64,000 bases of DNA from an uncultured Rhodanobacteraceae bacterium (GCA_964608595.1 CAZSOU010000001.1:6716-70715), one strand, 5' to 3'; counted from the first letter of the stretch, positions 21,436-31,976 are shown. Numbers and translations are program-made. The notes: a model not told the origin generated them from the sequence alone.

Positions 21436-23265
21436 ATGCTGAACGCGCTTTGTATCGGGCTCGACGGCATGAATTCAGGTGGCTGGATGCGTGCCGCCAC
21501 CTCGATGGCACGCCAGGGGTTTGTCCATGCGATACGGCGGACATGGCCCGGCGGCTGCCTCGATGGATGGATGCATGCCTTGCATGAAAACATGCCGCCG
21601 AGCGAATGGTTGGCACACGACCAAAGCGCATGCTGCGTCGGCACACTCTGGTACCGCGGTCGCTTCGGCAGGTCCGCATTACCTGCACTGCTGAACGAGA
21701 CCAGCGCCGGTGGCGCCATCGACGAGCTTCAACTGCGCGGCAATTTCGCACTATTCCTGCGCACAGCCAACCGGTGCTTGTTGCTGAACGATGCCATGGG
21801 GTTGGTGCGGATTTATGCAAGCCGCGACCGGCGCTTTTACAGTACCAGTTGGCTGGCAACCTGCGCCTATTCGGGTGCGGTAAAGATTGATGAAGCAGCG
21901 GCTGTCGAATACGTGCTGCTGGGCGCTTCGCATTCGGATCAGACCGTCGCCGACGGCGTTGTCACGCTTCCGCTCGGCAAGGCATTCAACCTCGCTGTCG
22001 GTCGAACGGACGATCGCGCGATCGAATATATCGACAACGATACGCCGTGTCCCGCGTCGATCGATGTCGCATCGGCGATCATCCGCTCGCGGTTGCAAAC
22101 CCGGTGCACCGAAATCGTCAATGCCTTCCCTCGGGCCATCCGCATGGCGCTGTCGGGTGGTTTCGATTCCCGGTTGATCCTTGCGGGCATGCTGGAACGA
22201 GGTGCCCACCCGAAGCTGTTCGTTTACGGCACCGAGGACTGTGCCGATGTGCGTCTGGCCCGGCAAGTCGCACAATGCGTCGGCCTGCCTCTGGACGTTG
22301 TCGACAAAGCCGCAGCCGCCAGCAAAAAGCCCCTGCCGGAACGCGAGGATCTGGTGCAAAACGCATTGTTTTTTGACGGCTTGCCCAATGACGGCATTTT
22401 CGACACGGGGGTCGATCGCCTTACGCGACTTGCGCAGACCGAACAGGGACACATTGTCCTGAACGGCGGCGGCGGCGAAATCCTTCGCAATTACTTTTAT
22501 TTGCCCAACCGCCGATGGTTGCCGCGAGACATCGTGCACGCGTTCTATCGCGGATTCGATCGCCGTGTCTTCCGTGACGCGAAAGCGCTGACTCTTTACG
22601 AGGAGCGTCTGGGCACCGCCATCGCGCTCGCTGCCCGCGCCAACGCGTTGTCGCGCGGCAAGCGGTTGAACCGGGAAGACGTGGAACTGCTCTACCCGTT
22701 GTTCCGTTGCCACCACTGGATGGCCGTGAACAACAGTGTTTCCACCCGGCACGGGTACTTCATCACCCCGCTGCTGGACCTCGCCTTGATACGCCTTGCC
22801 TGCCGATTGCCACTGACCTGGAAAAACGCGGGCCGACTGCAAGCGCTTGTCATCCGGTCCCTGCACCCTGCGGCTGCCGGACCGGTTTCCACGCACGGCT
22901 TCAGTTTCCGGACCGGTCCCGATACGCGCGCCGTGGTTGCAGACTGGTCGATCCGCATGCGTCCCACGCGGCTTCGTCCGCTTATCAACGCCACGCACCG
23001 ACGCCTCGGCAAACGGAGCGTCTCGCCACTCTGGATCGCCCATTGCCGGGCACTTTTTCCCGGCCCGTGGCACCTGGATCCGGTATTGAACCTGGATCGA
23101 CTGCCGAACAATGGCGCATTGGGGCGCGCACTCGCCATCGAGGTCGCGTGGCGCGAACTGTTCAATAACCACGGGTCGTCCACCATCGCGACAGCGGCCG
23201 CCGAATCAGGCCATGACATTCTTTTCGACAAAACTTCAGACGCCGCACGCGGCAACCGGGATTGA
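21436..23265 (+). CDS. Asparagine synthetase-related PP-loop ATPase lacking the N-terminal Cys nucleophile (609 aa)
   Basis: PP-loop SGGFDS at residues 240-245 (nt 22153-22170), about where AsnB has SGGLDS. The AsnB-like segment LRGNFALFLRTANRCLLLNDAMGLVRIYA is present. No Met-Cys start is available. Confidence 0.75.
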   Translation: MLNALCIGLDGMNSGGWMRAATSMARQGFVHAIRRTWPGGCLDGWMHALHENMPPSEWLAHDQSACCVGTLWYRGRFGRSALPALLNETSAGGAIDELQLRGNFALFLRTANRCLLLNDAMGLVRIYASRDRRFYSTSWLATCAYSGAVKIDEAAAVEYVLLGASHSDQTVADGVVTLPLGKAFNLAVGRTDDRAIEYIDNDTPCPASIDVASAIIRSRLQTRCTEIVNAFPRAIRMALSGGFDSRLILAGMLERGAHPKLFVYGTEDCADVRLARQVAQCVGLPLDVVDKAAAASKKPLPEREDLVQNALFFDGLPNDGIFDTGVDRLTRLAQTEQGHIVLNGGGGEILRNYFYLPNRRWLPRDIVHAFYRGFDRRVFRDAKALTLYEERLGTAIALAARANALSRGKRLNREDVELLYPLFRCHHWMAVNNSVSTRHGYFITPLLDLALIRLACRLPLTWKNAGRLQALVIRSLHPAAAGPVSTHGFSFRTGPDTRAVVADWSIRMRPTRLRPLINATHRRLGKRSVSPLWIAHCRALFPGPWHLDPVLNLDRLPNNGALGRALAIEVAWRELFNNHGSSTIATAAAESGHDILFDKTSDAARGNRD

Positions 23266-23347
23266 ATGCTGAGGCTCCGCCGCCACCTCTGTTAAACTAA
23301 CCGTTTTGCGCGGGCCCTCTTCCGCGCGCTGCACTTCAGGAGCCCTC

Positions 23348-24886
23348 ATGTCCCACGAAATCTTCGAGGCACTCGGCCTTTCCGACACCAATTCAGGTGC
23401 TTACCTCGGCAACGGCGAATGGTCGAAAACCACCGACGCCGGCATCATCGAGCCGAAAAACCCGTCCACCGGCGAGGTGCTGGCCAAGGTATATGCCTCC
23501 TCCAGGGCCGATTACGACACCATCGTCGAGCGCGCGCAAGAATCGTTCAAGGCATGGCGCAACACGCCGGCGCCGGTACGCGGCGAAGCGGTGCGCCTGG
23601 TTGGCGAAGCACTGCGCAAGTACAAGGATCCGCTGGGCTCGCTGGTGGCCTTGGAAATGGGCAAGATCAAGCCCGAGGGCGACGGCGAAGTGCAGGAAAT
23701 GATCGACATCGCCGACTTCGCCGTGGGTCAGAGCCGCATGATGTACGGCAAGACCATGCATTCGGAGCGCCCGGGCCACCGCATGTACGAGCAGTACCAT
23801 CCGCTCGGCCTGGTGTCGCTGATCACCGCATTCAACTTCCCGCTGGCACCGTGGGCCTGGAACTCCATGCTGGCCGCCGCATGCGGCGACATCTGCATCT
23901 GGAAGCCGTCGCCGAAGGTGCCGTTGTGCGCCATCGCCGCGACCAAGGTGTGCAACGAGGCGTTGAAGGAAGGCGGCTTCCCGGACATTTTCTATCTGTT
24001 CAACGAAGTCGAGGGCAGCATCGAGTTGTCGCAGAACATGGTCGACGACAAGCGCATGAACCTGGTCAGCTTCACCGGCTCGGTCAAGGTCGGTCGCACC
24101 ATCGGCGAGCGCGTGGCACGCCGTCTGGGCAAATCGCTGCTGGAACTGGGCGGCAACAACGCCATCATCATGGACGAAACCGCCGACCAGAAACTGGCCA
24201 TTCCCGGCATCGCCTTCGGCTCGGTGGGCACCGCCGGACAGCGCTGCACCTCCACCCGTCGTCTGATCATCCATGAATCGATCGCCGACGAAGTCACCGG
24301 CAAACTGGTCGACGCCTACAAGCAGATCGAAACCAAGATGGGCGAAGCGGTCGACCCCAAGACCCTGCTGGGCCCGCTGAACAGCGAGCAAGCCGTGCAG
24401 ACCTTCCTCGACGCCATCGAGAAGATCAAAGCGGCTGGCGGCAAAGTGCTGACCGGTGGTGAAAAGGTCGACCGCGCGGGCAACTTCGTCACGCCGGCCA
24501 TCGTCACGGGCCTGCCCAACGATCACGAAATGGTGCAGACCGAAACGTTCGCCCCGATCCTGTACGTGCTGCCGTACAAGGACATCGACGAAGCCATCGC
24601 CATGCAGAACGGTGTCGACCAGGGCCTGTCGAGCGCGATTTTCTCGCAGAACGTCAAGGTGACCGAGAAGTTCCTTTCGGCGCTGGGCTCGGACTGCGGC
24701 ATCGCCAACGTCAACATCGGCACCTCCGGCGCCGAAATCGGCGGCGCGTTCGGTGGCGAGAAGGACACGGGCGGCGGGCGCGAGTCCGGCTCCGATGCCT
24801 GGAAGGCGTACATGCGTCGCCAGACCAACACCATCAACTACTCGGACGATCTGCCGCTGGCACAGGGCATCAAGTTCGATATTTGA
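23348..24886 (+). CDS. NAD-dependent aldehyde dehydrogenase, ALDH7 / piperideine-6-carboxylate (alpha-aminoadipic semialdehyde) dehydrogenase-like
   Basis: ELGGNNA and catalytic-Cys motif GTAGQRCTS. The N-terminal region (GNGEWS...[12 protein letters not shown]) resembles ALDH7-type enzymes from memory. Confidence 0.8.
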   Translation: MSHEIFEALGLSDTNSGAYLGNGEWSKTTDAGIIEPKNPSTGEVLAKVYASSRADYDTIVERAQESFKAWRNTPAPVRGEAVRLVGEALRKYKDPLGSLVALEMGKIKPEGDGEVQEMIDIADFAVGQSRMMYGKTMHSERPGHRMYEQYHPLGLVSLITAFNFPLAPWAWNSMLAAACGDICIWKPSPKVPLCAIAATKVCNEALKEGGFPDIFYLFNEVEGSIELSQNMVDDKRMNLVSFTGSVKVGRTIGERVARRLGKSLLELGGNNAIIMDETADQKLAIPGIAFGSVGTAGQRCTSTRRLIIHESIADEVTGKLVDAYKQIETKMGEAVDPKTLLGPLNSEQAVQTFLDAIEKIKAAGGKVLTGGEKVDRAGNFVTPAIVTGLPNDHEMVQTETFAPILYVLPYKDIDEAIAMQNGVDQGLSSAIFSQNVKVTEKFLSALGSDCGIANVNIGTSGAEIGGAFGGEKDTGGGRESGSDAWKAYMRRQTNTINYSDDLPLAQGIKFDI

Positions 24887-24931
24887 GTGTCGGGATCCGG
24901 AGCCCGGGACCCGGGCTCCGGAACTCGGAAA

Positions 24932-24969
24932 AAGGGTAACCGGCCATGGTCGGTTACCCTTGTCTTTTT
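24932..24969 (+). terminator. Rho-independent terminator after the aldehyde dehydrogenase
   Basis: AAGGGTAACCG / CGGTTACCCTT 11-bp stem (24932-24942 / 24951-24961) followed by TGTCTTTTT. Confidence 0.8.
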
Positions 24970-24986
24970 GCAGAGGCACATTTCCC

Positions 24987-25754
24987 GTGAGCCACGGCGT
25001 TTCTTTCGACTTTTCCGACTATCGTGTAGTGGTTGCCGGTGGCAGCAAGGGCATTGGTCGCGCCATGGCTGTCGCTTTTGCTCGTGCCGGTGCCGCGGTT
25101 TCGGTTTGTGCGCGTCACGAAGACGGACTGGCCGACTTGCACGACGAACTGGCCGGCGACGGCATCAAGATTCATGCGCAAACCTGTGACCTGGCCGATG
25201 CCGGCGCCATCGCGGCATGGATTCCTGCTGCCGCCGAGGCATTGGGCGGCATCGATGTGCTCATCAACAACGCCAGCGGTTACGGATTCGCGGACGAAGA
25301 CGCCGATTGGGAAGCCAACTTCCGCGTCGACCTGATGGCGCCGGTGCGCGCTTCGCGTGCGGCGCTTCCGTGGTTGAAGCAGTCGACGCATGCCAGCATT
25401 CTGCACACCAGCTCCATTTCGGCACTCGGGCCACGCCCTGGTGGTCCCTCCTATGCGGCACTCAAGGCGGCGCTGAGCCACTTCACCACGTCGCAGGCCC
25501 TGCGCATCGCCAAGCATGGCATCCGCGCCAACGCGATCGCTCCGGGCTCCATCGAGTTCGAGGGGGGCATCTGGGACATCGTCAAGCGCGACAACCCCGA
25601 GCACTACGCCGCCACGCTCGCGAAGATCCCCTTCGGTCGCTACGGTCGCGTCGACGAAGTGGCCAATGCCGCGTTGTTTCTGGCCTCACCGCTGGCCGGC
25701 TGGATCACCGGGCAGATTTTGTGCGTCGATGGCGGTCAATCGCTTCTTGGCTGA
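24987..25754 (+). CDS. Short-chain dehydrogenase/reductase (SDR) family oxidoreductase
   Basis: GTG 24987. Cofactor motif VAGGSKGIGRA, NNAS, and catalytic YAALKAA (YxxxK). The upstream part of ORF 24753.. overlaps the ALDH gene and the terminator. Confidence 0.85.
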   Translation: MSHGVSFDFSDYRVVVAGGSKGIGRAMAVAFARAGAAVSVCARHEDGLADLHDELAGDGIKIHAQTCDLADAGAIAAWIPAAAEALGGIDVLINNASGYGFADEDADWEANFRVDLMAPVRASRAALPWLKQSTHASILHTSSISALGPRPGGPSYAALKAALSHFTTSQALRIAKHGIRANAIAPGSIEFEGGIWDIVKRDNPEHYAATLAKIPFGRYGRVDEVANAALFLASPLAGWITGQILCVDGGQSLLG

Positions 25755-25834
25755 TTTGCCGAGGCGATGATCACGAACGGCAAAAGACCGTCATTCATGC
25801 GAAAATACCGGGGTTTTTCACAGCGATCACGAAC

Positions 25835-25978
25835 ATGGATACCGCCGTCGAATCCCGTGGCATAGGCCATACCATTGTCCGCGTGCTGATTTACGCCGTG
25901 CTGATTGCCATCGGTTTGTGCCTTTTTGCGGCCGCCGGCATCGGCGGCGGATTGCTGGCCCTCAACTGGCTGGTTTGA
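25835..25978 (+). CDS. Possible 47-aa single-TM small protein
   Basis: ATG 25835; MDTAVESRGIGHTIVRVLIYAVLIAIGLCLFAAAGIGGGLLALNWLV has one hydrophobic helix. It lies in an otherwise unassigned 230-bp gap. No other support. Confidence 0.3.
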   Translation: MDTAVESRGIGHTIVRVLIYAVLIAIGLCLFAAAGIGGGLLALNWLV

Positions 25979-25987
25979 CCGTGCTTG

Positions 25988-27028
25988 ATGTATGACTCCC
26001 TGCGCCCGCTGCTGTTCAAACTGGACGCCGAAACGGCGCACCGACTGACCCTGTACGCCATGGGTGTGGCTCAACGCAGCGGTCTTTCTCACCTGATCGC
26101 CGAGCCGCCAACGACCGACCTGCCGGTACGCGCGTTCGGTATCGACTTTCCCAATCCGGTGGGACTTGCCGCCGGTCTGGACAAGAACGGCGCCCACATC
26201 GACGGACTGGCGGCGCTCGGTTTCGGCTTCATCGAAATCGGTACGGTCACTCCGCGCCCGCAAGCGGGAAACCCGCGTCCGCGCCTGTTCCGCCTGCCGC
26301 GGCACGAAGCCATCATCAACCGCATGGGTTTCAACAACGATGGCGTGGACGCCTTGGTGCGCAACGTCGAGCGCGCCGATTACTCGGGTGTGCTCGGCAT
26401 CAACATCGGCAAGAACAAGGACACGCCCAACGCGGAAGCTGTCACCGATTACCTGACGTGCCTGCGCCTGGTTTATCCGTTGGCGAGTTACATCACCGTC
26501 AACATTTCCTCGCCCAATACACAGGGACTGCGCGACTTGCAGCAGGCGGACACCTTGCGCCGCTTCGTCGGCACGTTGCGTGAATCGCAGGAAAAGCTGG
26601 CCGCGCAACATGGTCGGCGCAAGCCCATGCTGCTGAAAATCGCTCCCGACCTGGACGAAAACCAGTTGGATGCGATGGCCGACGTACTGCTGGATTGCGA
26701 CGTCGACGGCGTCATTTGCACCAACACCACCATCGACCACAGCCGTGTCTCCGGCGCCCCGCACGGCGACGAAACCGGTGGTCTGTCCGGCGCGGTGCTG
26801 TTCGACGCATCCACCGTCATTTTACGCGCCATGGCCGCGCGTCTGGGTGACCGCATCGACATCATCGGCGTCGGCGGGATCAGCGAAGGTGACCGTGCCG
26901 CGCAGAAACTGGCAGCCGGCGCATCACTGGTGCAGATCTATTCCGGCCTCATTTACCGCGGCCCGCGCCTCGTGAGCGAATGCGTCGAGAAAATCCGCCA
27001 CCACCAATCGGGGACACCCAGCACCTGA
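25988..27028 (+). CDS. pyrD: Dihydroorotate dehydrogenase (quinone), class 2
   Basis: [41 protein letters not shown] and GVGGI motifs. Confidence 0.95.
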   Translation: MYDSLRPLLFKLDAETAHRLTLYAMGVAQRSGLSHLIAEPPTTDLPVRAFGIDFPNPVGLAAGLDKNGAHIDGLAALGFGFIEIGTVTPRPQAGNPRPRLFRLPRHEAIINRMGFNNDGVDALVRNVERADYSGVLGINIGKNKDTPNAEAVTDYLTCLRLVYPLASYITVNISSPNTQGLRDLQQADTLRRFVGTLRESQEKLAAQHGRRKPMLLKIAPDLDENQLDAMADVLLDCDVDGVICTNTTIDHSRVSGAPHGDETGGLSGAVLFDASTVILRAMAARLGDRIDIIGVGGISEGDRAAQKLAAGASLVQIYSGLIYRGPRLVSECVEKIRHHQSGTPST

Positions 27029-27054
27029 CATGCCGTCAAACCTGAACCATGTGT

Positions 27055-27091
27055 CCCGCAGGAGCGCATGTCATGGGCGATGGCTTTACCG
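27055..27091. repeat. Short REP-like unit, copy 2 (degenerate)
   Basis: cccgcaggagcgcatgtcatgggcgatgg compared with cacaggagcgcatctcgtgcgcgaccg at 18746. It lies between pyrD and murB. Confidence 0.4.
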
Positions 27092-27178
27092 TTTCATGGA
27101 GCCTTGAGGCTGTCGCGCGCAAGATGCGCTTCCGCACGGCGAAACGTCCCTTTCCATTCCACCCGCATTGCCCAGATC

Positions 27179-28210
27179 ATGCCCATTTCCGTATCCGAAC
27201 CCTATACGCTGCAAAATGACGCCAGCCTCGCCGCGCACAACACCCTGCGTGTCGACGCCGCCGCGCATCAGCTCGCCACGCTCAATGATGCCGGCGCCCT
27301 GCCCGAGTTGCTTGACCAACTGGATACATCGCCAATGGTGCTGGGCGAAGGCAGCAATGTGCTTTTTGCCGGCCGTGTCGACGCCAGCGTGCTCGTCATG
27401 GCCACGCACGGCGTGCAGGTGGATGAAATCGACAACGGCGCACACATTGCCGTCGCCGCTGGCGAACGTTGGGACGATTTCGTGCGCTGGTCGCTCGGCC
27501 AGGGGTTTGCCGGCCTGGAGAACCTGATTCTCATCCCCGGCACCGTCGGCGCCGCGCCGATCCAGAACATCGGCGCCTACGGCGTCGAAGTGGCGGAGTT
27601 CATCGACAGCGTGGAAGCATGGGACACCAGGGAGAAGTGCGTGGTCATGCTGGATAACACCGCGTGTCGTTTCGCCTATCGCGATTCGTTGTTCAAGCAC
27701 CAGCCCGGCCGCTACATCGTCACCGCGGTGCGGTTCGTGCTGCCGCGCGAGCACGAACTGAGAATGAACTATGCCGGCCTGAAACAGCAACTGGCACGCA
27801 TGGGTATTTCCCGCCCCACCCCGTACCTGGTTGCCGAAGCCGTGCGGACGTTGCGCGAGCGCAAGCTGCCCGATCCAGCCGTCATCGGCAACGCGGGCAG
27901 CTTCTTCAAGAATCCCGTCGTAGCGGCCAGCCGGGCTGCCGCTCTCGTGTCCGAACATCCCGACATGACGCAATGGCCGGTGGCAAACGGCCACGTCAAA
28001 CTGTCTGCCGCCTGGCTTATTGAAGCCTGTGGATTCAAAGGCTTGCGTGAAGGTGATGCCGGCATTTCGAATCGCCATGCCTTGGTATTGGTCAATCATG
28101 GCCATGCCAGTGGCACCGAACTCTGGAGCCTGGCGCAGCGCGTGATCGACGGCGTGGAGTCGCGTTTCGGCGTGACGCTGGAACCGGAGCCGCGAGTGAT
28201 CGGCCTCTGA
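27179..28210 (+). CDS. murB: UDP-N-acetylenolpyruvoylglucosamine reductase
   Basis: FAD-binding N-terminus (HNTLRVDA...VLGEGSNVLF), GAAPIQNIGAYG, GNAGSFFKNP and AAWLIEACGFKG. Confidence 0.95.
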   Translation: MPISVSEPYTLQNDASLAAHNTLRVDAAAHQLATLNDAGALPELLDQLDTSPMVLGEGSNVLFAGRVDASVLVMATHGVQVDEIDNGAHIAVAAGERWDDFVRWSLGQGFAGLENLILIPGTVGAAPIQNIGAYGVEVAEFIDSVEAWDTREKCVVMLDNTACRFAYRDSLFKHQPGRYIVTAVRFVLPREHELRMNYAGLKQQLARMGISRPTPYLVAEAVRTLRERKLPDPAVIGNAGSFFKNPVVAASRAAALVSEHPDMTQWPVANGHVKLSAAWLIEACGFKGLREGDAGISNRHALVLVNHGHASGTELWSLAQRVIDGVESRFGVTLEPEPRVIGL

Positions 28211-28365
28211 CCGTTTTCCGGGGCCTACCACATAACATCGGCTGAGGCTATCCAACGAACGGGACAAATGGCTTGAATTGCGTCACAATACCCCGTCCAA
28301 GGGGAGGGAGACGGCATACGTCGGTTTGTTCATTCGGACAAGAAACGGCGTGACCGTGATGAATC

Positions 28366-30099
28366 GTGACGACAATGGGACGAGGGGCGCACGTTTGTTG
28401 GTTGGCCGCATGGCTGTTGCTGTCGGGGTTGCTGCCCGACATCGGCCACGCCGAAACCATGACCGGGCAATGGGCCAAAGTACATGCGGGCGATACGCCT
28501 GCTTCCGTCATCGCCGCAGCTCGCGAGGGCAAGCTGCACGCGTTTGATCCGTCGAAAAAAACCGCATTCCCCAGGGACAGCGATGTCTGGATCGTCCTGC
28601 GACGGGATCCCGACGCCCACTACCCCGCCCGCATGTTGACCGTACCGACACCGGTCTTCGGGCACCTCACCCTTTACAACGGGAATTCGCCGGTGGTCAC
28701 CGTGAGCATGGACGACACAACCGGGTCCGTGCACGGCTTCGGACGCATCGCATTGTTCCTCACCTCCGGTCATGCAGCTACGTCGCCCATCGTATTGCGC
28801 TACCAGCCCTGGACCGCATTCACCTCTCCGCTGAATTTTCAGCTCCAGAGCGTCGACAGCTACTCGCGGCAGGACATGCGCTGGATGGCCATGACCAGCG
28901 CTTGCGTCGGCGTGATGTTGATCATGGCGTTTCTGGCGCTGTGCTTCGCCTGCATGCTGCGCGACTGGGCGTTCTTCTGGTTCGCGATGTTCATCGGCAG
29001 TTATGCGCTCGTACAATGTCTCCAGACCGGTTTCGCCTTTCGACCGCTCGGCATGTACATCTTCGCCGGCGAGAACTACATATGGTCCATCTTTTTCGTG
29101 GCCGTCATGTTGAGCTGCGCACAACAGTTCATGCGTCATTTCTGCTGTCTGAGCACACAAGCACCGAATTTCGATCGTCTGTTGGCGAGCTTGAACCTCG
29201 CGAGCCTGGTGCTGCTGTTTCTGGTGTGCGTCGACTATCCACCATTGCACGACCTCGTCCAGATCACCCTGTCTCCGCTATTGGCACTATGGATGACAGG
29301 CATGCTGATCGTCGCCATCATCAGCATGCTGCGCGGCTCGCGCATGGCCGGCTATTTTGCCGCCAGCTGGGGCCCGCTGCTGATACTGACCATCATGAAA
29401 AACACGCAAGCCTGGATACCCGGGCTCCAGGGCATGACGTGGCTGGTTGACGCCTGCATGCTCGCCGCGACCTTCGGGTCGGTCATATTGTCGCTTGGTC
29501 TGGCCGATCGCACGCGAATCATCAGCCATGATCGTGACAAGGCGCGCGAACTTGCCGATCACGATTCGCTGACGGGCCTGCTCAACCGTCGTGCCTGGAG
29601 CGAGGCCGCAACCTTGCGGATTGCCAACAGCACCGTACGCCAAACCCTCTTTTTTCTGGACCTGGATCACTTCAAGACGCTCAACGACTGTCACGGCCAC
29701 GCGACGGGCGACATGGCCCTGGCCAAGGTTGCCGATGTGCTGCGCAACAGTCTCTCACCCGCGGGTATCGTCGGGCGCTACGGTGGTGAGGAATTCGTCA
29801 TCCTCACCCACCACATCAGCCGGTCGCATGCCGTCGACACGGCGAACAACCTGTGCCGTGGCGTCGAAGGACTCGGCATTCCGGTAAACAAGCACGGTCT
29901 TCCGCTGACGATCAGCATCGGCGTCACCGTGCAACGCAACAGCGATGATCTGACAAGCATGATCCGCCGCGCCGACCTTGCCATGTACAGCGCCAAATCG
30001 AGTGGCCGCAACCAGGCCGCCTGCGAATGCGTCGATCGGCGCAAACCGGACTCGGCCATGCGCGATACCGACAATCTGCGCGTCGGCACGGTGCAGTGA
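28366..30099 (+). CDS. Diguanylate cyclase with a periplasmic 7TMR-DISM-type sensor, 7 TM helices and a GGDEF domain
   Basis: Signal/TM N-terminus, multi-TM middle, and C-terminal DSLTGLLNRR...GGEEF...SIGV. Start is GTG 28366 or ATG 28375. Confidence 0.85.
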   Translation: MTTMGRGAHVCWLAAWLLLSGLLPDIGHAETMTGQWAKVHAGDTPASVIAAAREGKLHAFDPSKKTAFPRDSDVWIVLRRDPDAHYPARMLTVPTPVFGHLTLYNGNSPVVTVSMDDTTGSVHGFGRIALFLTSGHAATSPIVLRYQPWTAFTSPLNFQLQSVDSYSRQDMRWMAMTSACVGVMLIMAFLALCFACMLRDWAFFWFAMFIGSYALVQCLQTGFAFRPLGMYIFAGENYIWSIFFVAVMLSCAQQFMRHFCCLSTQAPNFDRLLASLNLASLVLLFLVCVDYPPLHDLVQITLSPLLALWMTGMLIVAIISMLRGSRMAGYFAASWGPLLILTIMKNTQAWIPGLQGMTWLVDACMLAATFGSVILSLGLADRTRIISHDRDKARELADHDSLTGLLNRRAWSEAATLRIANSTVRQTLFFLDLDHFKTLNDCHGHATGDMALAKVADVLRNSLSPAGIVGRYGGEEFVILTHHISRSHAVDTANNLCRGVEGLGIPVNKHGLPLTISIGVTVQRNSDDLTSMIRRADLAMYSAKSSGRNQAACECVDRRKPDSAMRDTDNLRVGTVQ

Positions 30100-30169
30100 T
30101 GCATGAAACACCGCTGAGGCACACCCGGTACACTTCCGCCATGGACAAACCATGCATCCGGAGCATGCC

Positions 30170-30649
30170 ATGACCCGCGTGTTTGATTTCCGTGCCGATC
30201 GGCTGGACGGCGAAACGCAAAGCCTCGACGTCTGGCGCGGCCAAGCCCTGCTGATCGTCAACGTGGCATCGAAATGCGGGTTCACGCCGCAATACGAAGG
30301 CCTCGAAAAACTGTATCGCTCGCACAAGGACGCGGGCTTCGCGATACTCGGATTCCCCTGCAACCAGTTCGGTCACCAGGAGCCAGGTGATGCCGACGCC
30401 ATACGCGACTTCTGCACAACGCAATACCACGTGAGCTTTCCGCTGTTCGCCAAGATCGACGTCAACGGCGCCGATACCCATCCGCTGTACCGTTTTCTCA
30501 AAAGCGCCGCACCCGGCGTTCTCGGCTCCAGGGCGATCAAGTGGAACTTCACCAAGTTTCTGATCAACCGTGACGGCGAAGCCGTGCGTCGTTATGCCTC
30601 CGCTGATACACCGGCGAGAATCGAAGCAGACCTCGCCACCGTACTGTAG
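30170..30649 (+). CDS. Glutathione peroxidase (Cys-type)
   Basis: NVASKCGFTPQY, LGFPCNQFGHQEP and WNFTKFLI motifs. Confidence 0.9.
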   Translation: MTRVFDFRADRLDGETQSLDVWRGQALLIVNVASKCGFTPQYEGLEKLYRSHKDAGFAILGFPCNQFGHQEPGDADAIRDFCTTQYHVSFPLFAKIDVNGADTHPLYRFLKSAAPGVLGSRAIKWNFTKFLINRDGEAVRRYASADTPARIEADLATVL

Positions 30650-30671
30650 CCGGCCCCGCACCACGGGTTCC

Positions 30672-31904
30672 CTAATCCGTGTCGGGTGGTCGCACGTCGG
30701 GCAGAAAGATCGCGAGCAAACCGAGAAGCGGCAGAAACGCACACACCTGGTAGACAAATTCGATGCCGAAATGATCGGCCACCAGACCCAGCACGGCGGC
30801 TCCGATACCGCCAAGCCCGAAGCTGAACCCGTAGAACATGCCCGACACCATGCCGATGCGATGGGTCAGCATGTCCTGCGCGTACACGATGATGGCCGGG
30901 AACGCCGACGCCAGAATCAGGCCGATCACCACGCTCAGGCCGACCGTGGCGGCAAGGCCGACATGCGGCAGAAGCAGCGTGAACGGCGCACAGCCGAGGA
31001 TCGAAAACCAGATCACCCGCTTGCGCCCGAAACGATCCCCCAACGGGCCACCGATCAAGGTGCCGCCCGCAACCGCAAACAGGAACACACCGAGCAGGTT
31101 GGCGGCCATGTGTGCGGTCAGACCGAACCGGTGCATCAGGTAAAACTCGTAATAACTGCTGATACTGGCCAGATAAAAGAACTTGGAGAACATCAACACC
31201 AGCAGCACGCCGATGGTTCGACGCACGACCTTGGCCGGATACGCCGGCACTTCGTCGACCGCACGCTTGCGCACCCGCTGGTTGATGTGTTGGCTGTACC
31301 AGCGGCTGACTTGCAGCAATACCACGATGGCAAGCAGTGCCAGCAAACCAAACCAACCGACATGGGAGCGCCCCAGCTTGAGCACGATGGCCGCTGCCAG
31401 AACCGGCCCCAGTGCCTGACCGAAATTGCCGCCAATCTGGAACATCGACTGTGCCAGACCGTAGCGCCCACCCGACGCCATCCGCGCCACACGCGCCGAT
31501 TCGGGATGGAACACCGACGACCCGCAACCCACCAGTCCCACCGCCAGCAACAAAACCGGATAACTCGGCGCCACCGACAACAGCAGCAATCCACTGAGCG
31601 TGAAGCACATCCCCACCGGCAACGAAAACGGCAACGGATGCTTGTCGGTGACCATGCCGACCACCGGTTGCAACAGCGAGGCGGTCAACTGGAACGTCAG
31701 CGTGATGGCGCCGATCTGAAAAAAACCGAGATCGAACTCCCCTTTCAGCAGAGGGTAGATCGCGATGATCACCGACTGCATCATGTCGTTGAGAACATGC
31801 ACGAAACTCACACCGCCCAATACCGCGAAAACCGTGCGACCACGTGATTTGGGCGACACGTCCCGGCCAGGCGACTGTTCGACGCGTGTTTGCATGCGAC
31901 TCAT
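30672..31904 (-). CDS. fsr: MFS transporter, fosmidomycin-resistance (Fsr)-like
   Basis: 12-TM MFS. The N-terminal region VHVLNDMMQSVIIAIYPLLKGEF...QPVVGMVTDK resembles the Fsr family. Confidence 0.8.
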   Translation of the reverse strand: MSRMQTRVEQSPGRDVSPKSRGRTVFAVLGGVSFVHVLNDMMQSVIIAIYPLLKGEFDLGFFQIGAITLTFQLTASLLQPVVGMVTDKHPLPFSLPVGMCFTLSGLLLLSVAPSYPVLLLAVGLVGCGSSVFHPESARVARMASGGRYGLAQSMFQIGGNFGQALGPVLAAAIVLKLGRSHVGWFGLLALLAIVVLLQVSRWYSQHINQRVRKRAVDEVPAYPAKVVRRTIGVLLVLMFSKFFYLASISSYYEFYLMHRFGLTAHMAANLLGVFLFAVAGGTLIGGPLGDRFGRKRVIWFSILGCAPFTLLLPHVGLAATVGLSVVIGLILASAFPAIIVYAQDMLTHRIGMVSGMFYGFSFGLGGIGAAVLGLVADHFGIEFVYQVCAFLPLLGLLAIFLPDVRPPDTD

Positions 31905-31976
31905 CCATCAGGAAAAACGGGAAAGGGCCAGTGCAACGCTGCACCAGCCCTCCCGAAACGCATTATACGCCGTTTG

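Noticed and set aside
21141-23265. Lasso-peptide or other RiPP cluster, or an integrated island at tRNA-Arg
   Set aside because: Only the AsnB-like gene is present. I found no leader-peptidase (B) gene, no plausible 30-60-aa precursor ORF, no exporter, no integrase and no direct repeat of the tRNA 3' end. It is kept only as a single-gene curiosity.
24753-24986. N-terminal extension of the SDR ORF (and the analogous 4630..4803 extension of gnd)
   Set aside because: The extensions overlap the preceding gene and, for the SDR, cross an intrinsic terminator. Conserved domains begin at the internal GTG 24987 and ATG 4804.
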